Positions 18,926 through 29,896 are shown, counted from the first letter of the stretch. The stretch is DNA of 62,272 nt from Ectothiorhodospiraceae bacterium (GCA_007130525.1 SLSJ01000027.1:1-62272); one strand, 5' to 3'. The notes: generated by a model not told the origin, from the letters alone. Made by a program: numbers and translations.

Positions 18926-19056
18926 TCCGGGCAAGCATCGGTGAGCCGCGCCGCCGGTTCCGCCATTGAAAATCCTGTCGAATATGGCCACCGTTGCATC
19001 GCCGGTCGGCGGCGTGGCGTGGATCGGTGTCGCTCACGCATGCTGCCCCGCTATCC

Positions 19057-19236
19057 AGCCCGCGTATCTCACCGCCGTTCGTCGCGAGGGCGTCGAGATG
19101 CCGCTGTGACGGCGGGCACGGACCGGAAGACGGCGAAGGCGTAGCCGACACTATGTCGAGCCGGCTGCAGGGAGTACCCCCCGACACGGCGAGCAGATCG
19201 GTGTGCGTAGTGGAAGGGCGGTGAGATATGCGGGCT
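19057..19236. mobile_element. ~180-bp MITE-like repeat, copy 1
   Basis: TIRs AGCCCGCGTATCTCACCGCC / GGCGGTGAGATATGCGGGCT; internal sequence shared with five other copies. Confidence 0.85.
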
Positions 19237-19253
19237 CGCCCGCATGCAGGGAA

Positions 19254-19451
19254 ATGCGGCAGTTCCTCGATGCTCACGAGCAAACATTCGCCTGCTTCGG
19301 CGGCCACACCCGGGAACATCTGTACGACCGGTCCCCCAAAGTCTGCCACCCCAGCCCGGATTGTCGGGTACGCTTTAACACGACGATCAAGAGTCTTGCC
19401 GACTACTGGGGTTTCGAGCCGTGGTCATTTCCTGCTTGCCGTGCGCAGACC
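19254..19451 (+). pseudogene. IS21-family IstA transposase fragment
   Basis: FLDAHEQTFACFGGHTREHLYD..FNTTIKSLADYWGFEP..CRAQT resembles the IstA DDE core; no flanking domains or istB. Confidence 0.7.
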
Positions 19452-19633
19452 AGTACCTGCCCTGGCAACCCCCGCGTCTGCCGCCGCCACTTGTCGGGCG
19501 GTGCCGACATGCGCTCGCTGGCCCTGGCCTGGCGGCCGTCATGGCGGACGCAGCTGACGTCATCCGTGACTGCCAGCCGGATCGCCGATGTCCCCAGGTC
19601 GATAGCGGTCGACACTGGCCCACCACTGTTCAT

Positions 19634-19660
19634 TCAAGTTCTCCGGAAACCAGCCGACAT
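19634..19660 (+). promoter_or_regulatory. Sigma28 (FliA)-type promoter of the MCP gene
   Basis: TCAA-N15-GCCGACAT versus consensus TAAA-N15-GCCGATAA. Confidence 0.65.
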
Positions 19661-19806
19661 CCACCAGTACACCCCTTGGCGACGGCGCCATCGACAGGGC
19701 GGACCGACAGGCACCTGAATCGCCTGATGGTGGTGCGGGACAACCACAACAGCAAGCCCCGAAGACCGCCCGGGCGGTAACGGGACGAGGAAGCCGGAGT
19801 ACGACC

Positions 19807-20982
19807 ATGATCGATAATCTCTCGTTGCGGCACAGAATGTACATGCTTGCCGGCCTGGGCACCGCGGCCGTGGCCCTGAGCCTGGCCATCGACAGCCTGC
19901 TGGGATCTGGCTCACTGCGACCGGCGGCGCAACTGCCGCTGGTGCTGGTGGTGGCGGCAATCCTTTTCGGCGCCGCCCATTATGTCGGACGTCATGCCGG
20001 ACGCCGTGCGGAATGCATGGTGGGGGCCCTGAACCGCATGGCGGATGGCAAGCTGGACGAGAAACTCAGCATTCCCGGCAAGGACGAGTTCAGCTGGATG
20101 GCCTATGAGTTCAGCCGCGCCCAGGGCTCGGTATCGGCGCTGGTGGCGGCGATCATGAGTGCCTCCGAGACGATGAGCACGGCCGTTGGCCATGTGGACA
20201 CCGTGGTCCGCGAGACTAAGCAGGGGGTCGATGCCCAGCGCAGCGACATCGACCAGGTGGCGGCGGCCATGAACGAGATGGCCACCACCGTGCAGGAGGT
20301 GGCGCAGCACATCAGCAACGCCGCCAACGTGGCCGGCGAGGCCGATGAGGCCTCACGCGACGGTGGTCGGGTGCTGGAGCGAACCGTTGGGGGCATCGAG
20401 AACCTGGCCACTGAGGTGCGCCGCACCGGCGAGGCGGTGCAGAAACTCGAGGCGGAAGCGTCCGAGATCGGCATGGTGCTGAATGTGATCCGCGGCATTG
20501 CCGAGCAGACCAACCTGCTGGCGCTGAACGCGGCCATCGAGGCCGCCCGCGCCGGAGAAAAGGGACGCGGCTTTTCCGTCGTGGCTGAAGAAGTGCGCAC
20601 ACTAGCCACCCGAACCCAGGAATCCACCAGCCAGGTGCAGGACATCATCGAACGGCTGCAACGCGGCACCCATGACCTGGTGGAGGCCATGGCCGAAGGT
20701 CAGAATCAGGCTAGCCAGAGCGTGGAACAGGCCCGCGAAGCAGGCGCGGCGTTCGACAGCATCGCCGGCCTGATCAGCTCCATCAACGATATGAATGCGC
20801 AGATCGCCAGCGCGGCCGAGGAGCAGACGTCGGTCGCCGAGGAGATCAATCAGAACCTGTCCAGCATCGCCAGCGTGTCGGAACAGAGTCATCAGCGGGC
20901 CGCCAGCGCCGAACAGGCGACCGCAGAGCTGAATGAGGTCTCGGGTAACCTGCGCACCACGGTGACCCAGTTCCAGATCTGA
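19807..20982 (+). CDS. Methyl-accepting chemotaxis protein (2 TM, HAMP, MA; almost no periplasmic domain)
   Basis: Two N-terminal TM helices; HAMP (GKDEF); [37 protein letters not shown]. Confidence 0.95.
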   Translation: MIDNLSLRHRMYMLAGLGTAAVALSLAIDSLLGSGSLRPAAQLPLVLVVAAILFGAAHYVGRHAGRRAECMVGALNRMADGKLDEKLSIPGKDEFSWMAYEFSRAQGSVSALVAAIMSASETMSTAVGHVDTVVRETKQGVDAQRSDIDQVAAAMNEMATTVQEVAQHISNAANVAGEADEASRDGGRVLERTVGGIENLATEVRRTGEAVQKLEAEASEIGMVLNVIRGIAEQTNLLALNAAIEAARAGEKGRGFSVVAEEVRTLATRTQESTSQVQDIIERLQRGTHDLVEAMAEGQNQASQSVEQAREAGAAFDSIAGLISSINDMNAQIASAAEEQTSVAEEINQNLSSIASVSEQSHQRAASAEQATAELNEVSGNLRTTVTQFQI

Positions 20983-21323
20983 GCCATCGGCCGTCGGCGA
21001 TCACTCGCCGGCGACACGTCAATGCGGCTACCATGGCGACTCCCTCGTCAAGGAACCACTGCCGCCATGAGCGAGCACCGGGGTTCTCTCGCTTCCGCAT
21101 CCGAGAATTGCTGCGTTTCCAGTCGCATCATGCCCATTGGGCGATCGTCCAAGTGCTGTCGCTATGCCAGGGCCGGCCGTTGTCCTTGACCCTGATGGGC
21201 CAACTCGCGGGTATCCCGCTCGGGGACCGCGCGACGCAACGAGCCACACCGTCGCAAGCCCGGCCGGAGGCCTGGCGACACGCATCGCTCCGCAGAGCTC
21301 CATTGGAACGACTTGAGACGATC

Positions 21324-21350
21324 TAAAGTTCAGCGGACATTTGCCGTTAT
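21324..21350 (+). promoter_or_regulatory. Sigma28 (FliA)-type promoter of the double-domain MCP
   Basis: TAAA-N15-GCCGTTAT. Confidence 0.7.
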
Positions 21351-21454
21351 CTTTGCAAGAGTGGCCGCGTGGGTGCGGCAGTCTTGGCGCCCCCCTCTCG
21401 GCAATCGGAGGAAAGCTGGCTAGAGCCGGACAGATAAGAACGAGGTGGCCCGCC

Positions 21455-23770
21455 ATGCGGATGTCATTACTGAAGAGATGGACCACCGGCCGGCATAAGC
21501 CAAACCAGCAATCGGGGGATAAGCCAAGACAGGATCTCGGCCCCGTCATTGAGCAACTGGAAGCGCACGCCTCCGGAATCGGTACTGATGTGGAAGACGT
21601 AGTCTCCCGGCTTGAGGCCGTCAGCGAGCGGGTGCTCCAGGAAGCAACCGCCTTTCAATCACTCCTGGAACTGGCCCGCCGCCTCGACGACACCAACCGA
21701 ACCGTGGATCAGGCGGCTGGGGAGGCGCGGGAGGTGGCGGCCCATGCGGATCAAACCGTGGAGTCTTCCCGTGAGCGCCTGACCACGGCCCTGGACGACG
21801 TGCGGGGGCTGACGGACCAGGTCGCCGAGATCGAAAGCCAGGTCAGCGAACTGAAAAGCGCCCTGGACGGCGTAGGCGAGGTCGCCGGCGAGATCACCAA
21901 TATCGCAAAACAGACCAATCTTCTCGCACTCAATGCCACCATTGAGGCCACCCGTGCCGGCGAAGTGGGTCGGGGATTCGCCGTGGTGGCCGAGCACGTC
22001 AAGGAACTGGCCAAGCAAACGGGTACGGCCACCGAGGAAATCGTCGGCATCCTGGAGGAACTCGGGGACCACGCCGAGAAGCTCATCGCCAAGGCGTCGT
22101 CCTGCAACGAGTCCGGCGACAGCGTTCGGGAAGGAACCGAAGCCATGCGCGCCATCGTGGACAGCGTAGCCTCCGCAATGGCAGAGATCGACAGCGAATC
22201 GACCCGCATCGCCGACGCGGTCCGCCAGATCGACACCCACTGTCGCCAGACGGTGGACGGCCTGGAGGGTCTTGGCGCGGACGTGGATGAAGCCAGCAAC
22301 AATCTGAAAGATGCCCGCGGCCGGACCAGGGAACTGAAAAAGGGCGCAGGCAACATTACGGCCATGCTGACGAAACGGGACAAGGCCGCCAGCAACGAAA
22401 CCGCTACCGGGCTCGTTCGCGACACGGCCGAACAGACCGGTACGCTGACAGTGCAGGTTTCCGATATCGCGGGCAACGTGGACCAGGTCAACAATCGTGT
22501 GGCCCGGGAAGCGGATCTCTTCGAAGAGCTTCGGCACACCGCGACCTCGCTCGCGGAGGCCAACAAAACCGTGGATTCCTCTGCTCGCAACGCGCGCGAC
22601 GTTGCGGGACGCACCGCCACTCAGGTGCGGGAGGCAGCCGGCACCGTCGACAAGGCGTTGACCGAGATCAACGGCCTGACGGGCAGCATTCGGGCCATGG
22701 AGGAAGACCTGAACAAGCTCCAGAGCGCCCTCCAGCGCATCTCGAAATCCGCCGGCGGCATCGCCGCGATTGCCAAGCAGACCAATCTGCTCGCTCTCAA
22801 CGCGTCAATCGAGGCCGCCCGGGCAGGATCCGCCGGTCACGGCTTCGCCGTGGTGTCCGAAGAGGTGAAAAAGCTGGCGGATCAGACCGCCGAGGCAACA
22901 CGCAATATCGATGAGACCCTGCACGGCCTGGGAGAGAAGGCCGAGGCGCTGGTGTCCATCGGTCACAACGGCTCCACACGGGTCGCGCGCGTGGAACAGA
23001 GCACCCAGGGTATCCGCCAGGTGATGGAAACCTTGTTGGAGGCCATGGATGGTGTGGACGGCCAGTCGGACCGGATCGTCGGCGCGGTCTCCGAGATCAG
23101 TGGGTTTAGCGACAAGGTTCTGGAGGAACTGGAACAGCTCGGCCAGGACGTGCAGCAATCCGCCGGCGACCTCTCCGATGCCAACGACCGGCTGGATCGC
23201 CTCCTGGATTTCGCCCAGGAGTTGCTTAATCTAACCGCGTCCACGGACGTGGATACACCCGACCGTTTCTATATCGAAATCGCCCAGAATGCAGCCAACA
23301 AGATTTCCAAGACGTTCGAAGCTGGACTCCGGGACGGCGAGATCACCGAGGCGGAGCTGTTCGACCGGGATTATCAGCCCGTTCCGGGCACCGATCCGCA
23401 GCAATACACCACCGCCTACCTGGCGTTCACCGACCAGGTGCTCCCACCCATCCAGGAGCCCCCGCTCAAGGAGGACGGGATTGCCTCCTGCGTCACCTGC
23501 GACGTGAACGGCTACATCGGCACCCACAACCTGCACGTCTCCGAGACCCAGCGTCCGGACGATCCCATCTGGAATGCGAAGAACTGCCGCAACCGGCGCA
23601 TTTTCGACGACCGGGCCGGCTACGCGGCAGCGCAGAACACCAAGCCGTTCCTGCTGCAGGCGTATCGGCGCAACATGGGCGATCGGTTCGTGCTCACCAA
23701 GGATGCCTCGGCGCCCGTTCGTGTGAATGGGAAGCACTGGGGGGCGGTGCGGGTGATCTACCTGCCGTGA
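21455..23770 (+). CDS. Soluble chemoreceptor with two tandem MA signalling domains and a C-terminal Cache-like domain
   Basis: GAGGT RBS; no TM; two hairpin tips [20 protein letters not shown] and [20 protein letters not shown]; C-terminal [31 protein letters not shown]. Confidence 0.9.
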   Translation: MRMSLLKRWTTGRHKPNQQSGDKPRQDLGPVIEQLEAHASGIGTDVEDVVSRLEAVSERVLQEATAFQSLLELARRLDDTNRTVDQAAGEAREVAAHADQTVESSRERLTTALDDVRGLTDQVAEIESQVSELKSALDGVGEVAGEITNIAKQTNLLALNATIEATRAGEVGRGFAVVAEHVKELAKQTGTATEEIVGILEELGDHAEKLIAKASSCNESGDSVREGTEAMRAIVDSVASAMAEIDSESTRIADAVRQIDTHCRQTVDGLEGLGADVDEASNNLKDARGRTRELKKGAGNITAMLTKRDKAASNETATGLVRDTAEQTGTLTVQVSDIAGNVDQVNNRVAREADLFEELRHTATSLAEANKTVDSSARNARDVAGRTATQVREAAGTVDKALTEINGLTGSIRAMEEDLNKLQSALQRISKSAGGIAAIAKQTNLLALNASIEAARAGSAGHGFAVVSEEVKKLADQTAEATRNIDETLHGLGEKAEALVSIGHNGSTRVARVEQSTQGIRQVMETLLEAMDGVDGQSDRIVGAVSEISGFSDKVLEELEQLGQDVQQSAGDLSDANDRLDRLLDFAQELLNLTASTDVDTPDRFYIEIAQNAANKISKTFEAGLRDGEITEAELFDRDYQPVPGTDPQQYTTAYLAFTDQVLPPIQEPPLKEDGIASCVTCDVNGYIGTHNLHVSETQRPDDPIWNAKNCRNRRIFDDRAGYAAAQNTKPFLLQAYRRNMGDRFVLTKDASAPVRVNGKHWGAVRVIYLP

Positions 23771-23822
23771 TCTCAATCGGCTGCCGGGCTTCCAACAACC
23801 TTGTAAGTCTCCGCGGGGCACG

Positions 23823-24164
23823 TCATCCATGGACCGCCGGGGCCGGGAGTCGCACTGTGGGCGCGACGCCCTCGTCGCGGTGGGTTCCAGAGCCTACACC
23901 CGCTCCGCACTTACCGTCTCCTCCGCCCCACCCTTCCAGAGCCGCGGCCAAGGACTCCCGCGGCAGCGTCGCGAACTCGTTCCGGGACGGAAAGCGGCCT
24001 ACCCCGTTCAGGGCGGTCAACGCGTCCGGCAGAATCTCGCCCTCTTTACCGTTATCGACGGCCCCGCGGAAGGCATTCAGGAGGGCTTCGGCCTCCTCCA
24101 GCGTCAGATCGCGCAGCGCCACGGTGAGCAGTGACGCCGGCGCGGACCTAATAATAGCCCGCAT
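23823..24164 (-). pseudogene. SufU/IscU (NifU-like) Fe-S scaffold C-terminal remnant
   Basis: ASLLTVALRDLTLEEAEALL..LTALNGVGRFPSRNEFATLPRESLAAAL resembles SufU ASMMT..GKTxEEA..L.GV.xFPxRxKCATL; Cys replaced by Phe; ATG comes from the repeat TIR. Confidence 0.55.
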
Positions 24165-24334
24165 ATCTCACCTCTCTTCTGTTACGCGCGCCGATCTGCT
24201 CGCTGTGACAGGGCGTCTCCCTGCAACCGGCTCGACGCAGTGTCAGCTACGCCTTCGCCGTCTTCCGCTCCGTGGCCTCCGTCACGGCGGCATCTCGACG
24301 CCCTTGCCGCGAACGGCGGTGAGAAATGCGGGCC
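24156..24334. mobile_element. ~180-bp MITE-like repeat, copy 2 (opposite orientation to copy 1)
   Basis: AGCCCGCATATCTCACC / GGTGAGAAATGCGGGCC. Confidence 0.85.
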
Positions 24335-24373
24335 AATCATGGCCGGTGGTGCATAAGGGAACCAAACGGCGGG

Positions 24374-25234
24374 TCAGGGAGACTGCCGAGCACCCTCGCG
24401 CTCGAAGATGGCCTTCTCGGCGTCCGGCTTCAGCACCGTGATACTGATACGGCGGTTGATCGGGTTGTATGGGTCTTCCCCATCGAACAGCACGGTATCG
24501 GCCAGCCCCACGACCTGAGCAATCCGCTCCGCCTCCGTACCGCCCGCCAGCAGGGTTCGCCGGGCGGCATTGGCCCGATCCGCGGACAACTCCCAGTTAT
24601 CATAATTGCGCCCGTTGGCGAATCCCACGGCGTCGGTGTGGCCGGCGATGCTGATTCGGTTCGGCACCCGGTTGATGATTCCCGCCAGCTCGCGAAGGAT
24701 GGAATCGGCGTAGTCGCGCAGCACAGCCGACCCAAGATCGAACATGGGTCGATTGCGTTTGTCCACCAGCTGAATGCGCAACCCCTCCGGCATGATATCC
24801 AGCAGCAACTGGTCCTTGAACGGCTCCAGTGCCTGACTGTTCTCGATCGCAGCCCCCAGCTCCAATTGCAGGTTCTCCAGCAACTCGTCCTGGAACCGCT
24901 CCCATTCATCCAGGACGTTCAGCATCTCGTAGTCATCCGAGACGTCCTGTTGCAACGGCCCCATGTCGATCGGCAGGTCGGTTCCGCCGTCCAGCTCCAG
25001 CACAGATGGCTGGCCGGGCCCCGAATGGCTGTCGATAGCCGTGGGGTTACGGAAATAGTCGGCAATCCCCCGTCGCTGCGACTCGTCCATGGCGGTGACC
25101 AGCCAAAGCACCAGGAACATGGCGAACATTGCCGTCATGAAGTCGGCCAGCGCCACCTTCCAGGAACCGCCGTGATGACCGCCCTGAACCTTCTTGATGC
25201 GCTTGATGATGATCGGGCGCGTCTTGTCTTCCAC
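24374..25234 (-). CDS. motB: Flagellar stator protein MotB
   Basis: HHGGSWKVALADFMTAM; OmpA-like GHTD..NWELSADRA..NRRI. Confidence 0.95.
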   Translation of the reverse strand: MEDKTRPIIIKRIKKVQGGHHGGSWKVALADFMTAMFAMFLVLWLVTAMDESQRRGIADYFRNPTAIDSHSGPGQPSVLELDGGTDLPIDMGPLQQDVSDDYEMLNVLDEWERFQDELLENLQLELGAAIENSQALEPFKDQLLLDIMPEGLRIQLVDKRNRPMFDLGSAVLRDYADSILRELAGIINRVPNRISIAGHTDAVGFANGRNYDNWELSADRANAARRTLLAGGTEAERIAQVVGLADTVLFDGEDPYNPINRRISITVLKPDAEKAIFEREGARQSP

Positions 25235-25255
25235 GATCCGCCCCTCGGGATATCC

Positions 25256-26110
25256 CTATTTCCGTTGCCTGACGCAGTCTTCCAGCTCCTGGAAGCTCGG
25301 TCGCTCGCTTTCGTACATGACCTTGCGGCCGAACTCCACCGCCAGCACCGGTTTGTAGCCATTCAGAATGGCTACGATGGTGGCCTTGATCACTTCCAGG
25401 AATTTTGTTTTCTCCCGGGCCTTGTGCTCCATGGCCGCGGACAGCGGACCGACGAAGGAGTACCCGGCCAGAATCCCCAGAAAGGTACCGATCAGGGCGA
25501 CAGCCACCAACTCGCCGATCACGTGGATTGGGCCGTCGATGGAACCCATGGCGATGATAATCCCGAGCACGGCTGCAATGATCCCGAATCCGGGCAGGGC
25601 GTCAGCAACACGGTGGATGGCATGTGCAGGCAGTTCCGCCTCCTGATGATGGGTTTCCAGCTCTACATCCATCAGGCTTTCCAGTTCATGCGGGTTCATG
25701 CTGCCGCCGACCATGAGCCGTAGATAGTCGATCAGAAATTCCATGGCATCGTGGTGGGCCACAACCCGCGGATAACGCTGGAACAGCTCGCTCTTGTCCG
25801 GTTCGTCGATGTCCGCCTCGATGGCCAGCAACCCCTCCCGCTGCGCCTTGTGGAACAGCTCGTAGAGCATGGCCAGCAGTTCCATGTAGAGCTCCTTGGT
25901 ATAGATGGAGCCCCTGAATATGGCCGGTACCATCGCGCCGGTCTGCTTGATGACCTTGAGCGGATTTGCAATCAGAAAGGCGCCCGTGGCCGCGCCGAAG
26001 ATGATCAGAAACTCAAGCGGCTGCCATAAAAGGGCGAGGCTGCCTCCATGCAGACCGTACCCGGTCAGCACGGCAAGCACTATGACGAGAACCCCGGAAA
26101 TTAAGATCAT
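25256..26110 (-). CDS. motA: Flagellar stator protein MotA
   Basis: LWQPLEFLIIFGA, EGLLAIE, LPGFGIIAAVLG, ALIGTFLG, AVEFGRK. Confidence 0.95.
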   Translation of the reverse strand: MILISGVLVIVLAVLTGYGLHGGSLALLWQPLEFLIIFGAATGAFLIANPLKVIKQTGAMVPAIFRGSIYTKELYMELLAMLYELFHKAQREGLLAIEADIDEPDKSELFQRYPRVVAHHDAMEFLIDYLRLMVGGSMNPHELESLMDVELETHHQEAELPAHAIHRVADALPGFGIIAAVLGIIIAMGSIDGPIHVIGELVAVALIGTFLGILAGYSFVGPLSAAMEHKAREKTKFLEVIKATIVAILNGYKPVLAVEFGRKVMYESERPSFQELEDCVRQRK

Positions 26111-26356
26111 CGATTACCCCAGCTGAGCTTCGGTCGAGTCCTATGTCGCGCCTTCGCAAATCGGCGGCCTCCACCCTCTTCATCGACGGCCGGCGGGATT
26201 TCTCAACCCCTTGCCGGCAAACTCGCGTCCCGAAGCGGTCATGATACCGATATGCGCCCGTGGAACGCCGACCCACATCTCAAAGCGCTTCCAATTTCGC
26301 CGTATCGGCCCCATGCTTGTGCGAAGACACCGCCACGAACAGGGGGAGACAGGCCG

Positions 26357-27865
26357 GTGGAAACCGATTCCCGCCGTCGTGTCAAAGACTGGCTCGGGGC
26401 GCTTGGGAATACAGCGCTCCCGATCATGGCGGAGACCCGGCGAACCGCCGTGGCATGTGGGGACACCATCGATGATGCGCGTGAGCTGGGAGATCTCGTT
26501 TACCGTGACCCTGCCTTGTGCGTGAATCTCCTGCGCGAGGCCAATCGGCATCATCACCTCCACCTAGACGCCCGCACCACCACGGTGGAACAGGCGGTCA
26601 TGATGCTGGGGCTGACCCGCACCCTGGAGCTGATTGCCGATTCCGCGGAAGCGGAGTCCGATCTTGACCAGCCGGCCCTGGACGGTTATCTGGCGGAAAA
26701 CGCAGCCGCCTATCATGCTGCCTGCCACGCGCACGCATGGGCCGACGTCCGCAAGGATGTTCTGCCCGCCGAGATCCGAACCGCCGCGACATTGGCGCCC
26801 GTGGCGCCCCTGCTGCTATGGCTGCATGAACCGAAAGCCATGCACGCAGCGTGTGAGCTATCGGGTCATGAGGGCCTCCCACGCTCCGACGCGGGGTACG
26901 TCCAGTTGGGCTTCTACCCGGGGGAACTGGGCGCCATGCTCGTGCGTCACTGGCGACTCCCCGGGCTGGTTACCGAACAGTTGCTGCCAAACAAGATCGT
27001 CGGTAACCGCGCGCTCGGCATCAACCTGGCATTCCGGCTCACGGCGCTGGCGCCGCACGGCTGGCACCATCCAGGTCTCAACATGCTGGTGAGCCTCCTC
27101 GGCGTCTACTTGGGCTGCAGCGAGCGGGAAGCGCGTACCAGCATCCACCGAACAAGCTCCCGGGCCCTGGAAGCCTGGCATGCCCCCCCGCCGCCTGCCT
27201 GGGCTTCCCTGGCGCGGGAACCCGGGCGACGACCACGCTGCCTGCCGCAACCTTCGTCCAACGACTCGATGTTTTGCCTGCTGCCCCAACGCCAGCTCCT
27301 CGGCCGCCTGCTGGACGGATGCCGACAAGGTGGCGATCCACGCATCTGTCAGGAGCTCAACCAGCAGCATCGTCGCGTGGACCCCTTCGACCCACCGATT
27401 GCGCTGGCACTGCGGGCGCTGCATCACGCTTGCGGCTTGAATCGGGCATTGTTCCTGATCGCCAATACACACGGAGAACTGCTCCACCCGTACATGGCGG
27501 TCGGCTGGGAGGGAGAACCCCTGCTGCTACTGCAGGTGGATCTGCCCGTGCATTCCGGGTCCGCGCTGGCCCATCAGCTCGCCGACGGCGAGACCCACTG
27601 GCTGACCGCGGCCCAGGTGGATGTTTTGCAGAGCAGAAGCCGGACGCCCGCTTATCGGTTGCTGGATCGGCAGGGCGCCTACCTGGCGCCGATCCGGGTC
27701 AACGGCCGCCTGTTCGGACTGCTCTATGCCGACCGACGGGGTCAGAGTTGTGCATTGGATGCCCGCAGCTACAACCGATTCCGCAGGACTGCGGCTGCGT
27801 TGAAGGAAGGCATCGGTCGCACACTGGGCAAACAGCCCCTTAATCCGTACTCCGCCAGTTGGTAA
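26357..27865 (+). CDS. HDOD domain protein with C-terminal GAF-like domain
   Basis: GGAG RBS before GTG; LPIM..RDPALCVNLLREAN..AVMMLG; HWRLP; C-terminal APIRVNGRLFGLLYAD; divergent from motA. Confidence 0.8.
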   Translation: METDSRRRVKDWLGALGNTALPIMAETRRTAVACGDTIDDARELGDLVYRDPALCVNLLREANRHHHLHLDARTTTVEQAVMMLGLTRTLELIADSAEAESDLDQPALDGYLAENAAAYHAACHAHAWADVRKDVLPAEIRTAATLAPVAPLLLWLHEPKAMHAACELSGHEGLPRSDAGYVQLGFYPGELGAMLVRHWRLPGLVTEQLLPNKIVGNRALGINLAFRLTALAPHGWHHPGLNMLVSLLGVYLGCSEREARTSIHRTSSRALEAWHAPPPPAWASLAREPGRRPRCLPQPSSNDSMFCLLPQRQLLGRLLDGCRQGGDPRICQELNQQHRRVDPFDPPIALALRALHHACGLNRALFLIANTHGELLHPYMAVGWEGEPLLLLQVDLPVHSGSALAHQLADGETHWLTAAQVDVLQSRSRTPAYRLLDRQGAYLAPIRVNGRLFGLLYADRRGQSCALDARSYNRFRRTAAALKEGIGRTLGKQPLNPYSASW

Positions 27866-27947
27866 CCCGGTCATGCGCCCAGGCCTGAGCGGCATGCCGG
27901 CGTGACCGCTGCCGGTTATTGTGCCGTCGGTTTACAGCGGGCGTCCC

Positions 27948-28127
27948 GGCCTGCATATCTCACCGCCCTTCTACTACGCTCGCCGATCTGCTCGCCGTGT
28001 CGGGGCGCACTCCCTGCAGTCGGCTTGACGTAGTGTCAGCTACGCCTTCGCCATCTTCCGGTCCGTGTCCCCCGTCCCAGCGGCATCGCGACGCCCTCGC
28101 GACGAACGGCGGTGAGATGTGCGCGCC
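27948..28127. mobile_element. ~180-bp MITE-like repeat, copy 3
   Basis: GGCCTGCATATCTCACCGCC / GGCGGTGAGATGTGCGCGCC, degenerate TIRs. Confidence 0.85.
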
Positions 28128-28269
28128 AGGTGACGCTACTCAGCGTTACTAGGAACCTTGCAGACGGTATAGTCATGGTTCAGTGGTCACTGCAACACGC
28201 AGTCAGGTAACGAACTGCTGATTCGGGACACGTATCAAATGGATCCGCGTCATGCGCTTCGGGAGCATC

Positions 28270-29874
28270 ATGACCAGTATGCGTCTGCATGAGGCACGCC
28301 TGACGGAACTCGCGCTGAATGAACAGCTCTTCAGCAGCGGCACGATGCCGCCGGACCCGATCATAGCGGCCCGGTTGGATCTCGTCGTGCAGTTGCTGCA
28401 GTTCGGTCGTGACATTGTCGTGATCACCGGCCCGGCCGGCGTAGGCGTCAGACGTCTGCTCACGGAACTGGAGCTGCGGCCGGATACCGGGCTGCGTCCG
28501 CTGATGCTGGATGGCCGTGACCGCCCCACGGCGAACGATATCTGCCAGGACTGCGTGAAACACTTCGAGCTGCCGGCAGCTTCGATCAAATCCGGCCCGC
28601 CAGCGGTGGGCCGGGTCGCGGAGGGCTTGGATTGGCTCGCCCGCACCGGGGAACGGCCCGCACTGCTGGTCAACCACGCCGGGGCTCTGGACGATGCGAC
28701 GCTGGAGATACTGCTCGGCCTGCAGAACGATGACGCTCGGGAGTACCTGGGTCCGGCCCTGCTGTTTGCCGGAGAACCGGAACTGGAGCACAGGCTGCGT
28801 ACTCTGACGAGACGGCCAGCGGGTATGCCACGGCTCCAGGTCTTCCACTTGGAGCCCTGGACGGTGGAACAGGTCGCCCAATACGTAAAGCAGGAACTGG
28901 GCCGTGCCGGCGGCGTCGGCGGTCCGGTGGAGGCGCTACTCGATCCGGAAGCCATCCACCTGCAGAGCGGCGGCCTTCCCGAGAGAGTGCGGGCCGCATG
29001 CCAGCAATCACTGGCCGGCGCGTATCCCTCGCCCGATGGCGTATTCCCGCGGCAATCCGCGGGCTGGACAGCTAGTCGACACGCCACCGCGGTTCTGGCA
29101 ACGGCGCTGCTGCTCTCCATGGTGGTCATGTTCTTTGTGCTGCGCCCGGGCGAAGTGCCGTCCCCTGCGGAGCCGAATCAGGTCCTGCTGCAACCCGAGC
29201 CGGCGCCGGGTGAGGCGCCCCCAGGCAGTGGGCGGGAACCGGCCACGGAGGGCGACGGAGAACTCGCCGGAGGGGCTCCCGATGCGATCCCCGACTGGCG
29301 GCTTCGCGGAAAGGAGGGTCCCGACCCGCGGCCAGACAGGGAAGCACCCTCCACGCCCGCGGAGGTGGATCATGAGAAACCGGCCGCACCCATCGGAGGC
29401 ATTATGGACCCGGGCTGGGCGCCGCCGCCCAGCGCGCGGTCGCTCACAGCGCCGGATGAGGCTGTGTCCGGAGCCGAACCAGCAGCTGGCGCGCCCGACC
29501 GGCCGCCCGAAGCCACCGCCGGCGTCACGTCCTCAACGGATGCCGCGCCTGAGGACGACTCGACCGGGGATGCCGGCACGGCCGCCGGTGACGGGGACTG
29601 GCTCGCGGATAGACCGGCCGGGCACTACACCGTCCAGCTCGTGGCCGGCCACAACCCGAAAGCTCTGGAGCTTTTCATTACCAACCAGGCGCAGGGATTG
29701 TCGGCGCAACTGCTTCGCACGCAACGGGACGGGCGGGATTGGTATGTCGTGATCACCGGAGACTACCCCGACCGCGCCCGCGCCCGCGCGGCCCTGGAGG
29801 CGTTGCCCCCGGAATTGCGCGAGGAAGGAGCATGGATCCGCACCTTGGGCTCCCTGCAGGAGAGCCGTCACTGA
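28270..29874 (+). CDS. DamX/ExeA-like protein: degenerate AAA domain, TM, Pro-rich linker, SPOR domain
   Basis: ITGPAGVGVR (Walker A without Lys); TM LATALLLSMVVMFFVL; HYTVQL..WYVVITGDYP..AWIR SPOR motif; start codon uncertain. Confidence 0.8.
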   Translation: MTSMRLHEARLTELALNEQLFSSGTMPPDPIIAARLDLVVQLLQFGRDIVVITGPAGVGVRRLLTELELRPDTGLRPLMLDGRDRPTANDICQDCVKHFELPAASIKSGPPAVGRVAEGLDWLARTGERPALLVNHAGALDDATLEILLGLQNDDAREYLGPALLFAGEPELEHRLRTLTRRPAGMPRLQVFHLEPWTVEQVAQYVKQELGRAGGVGGPVEALLDPEAIHLQSGGLPERVRAACQQSLAGAYPSPDGVFPRQSAGWTASRHATAVLATALLLSMVVMFFVLRPGEVPSPAEPNQVLLQPEPAPGEAPPGSGREPATEGDGELAGGAPDAIPDWRLRGKEGPDPRPDREAPSTPAEVDHEKPAAPIGGIMDPGWAPPPSARSLTAPDEAVSGAEPAAGAPDRPPEATAGVTSSTDAAPEDDSTGDAGTAAGDGDWLADRPAGHYTVQLVAGHNPKALELFITNQAQGLSAQLLRTQRDGRDWYVVITGDYPDRARARAALEALPPELREEGAWIRTLGSLQESRH

Positions 29875-29896
29875 CCATCGCGACGGAGATCTCGCC

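Noticed and set aside
21033-21326. 97-aa ORF between the two MCP genes
   Set aside because: No motif or clear RBS; runs into the sigma28 promoter
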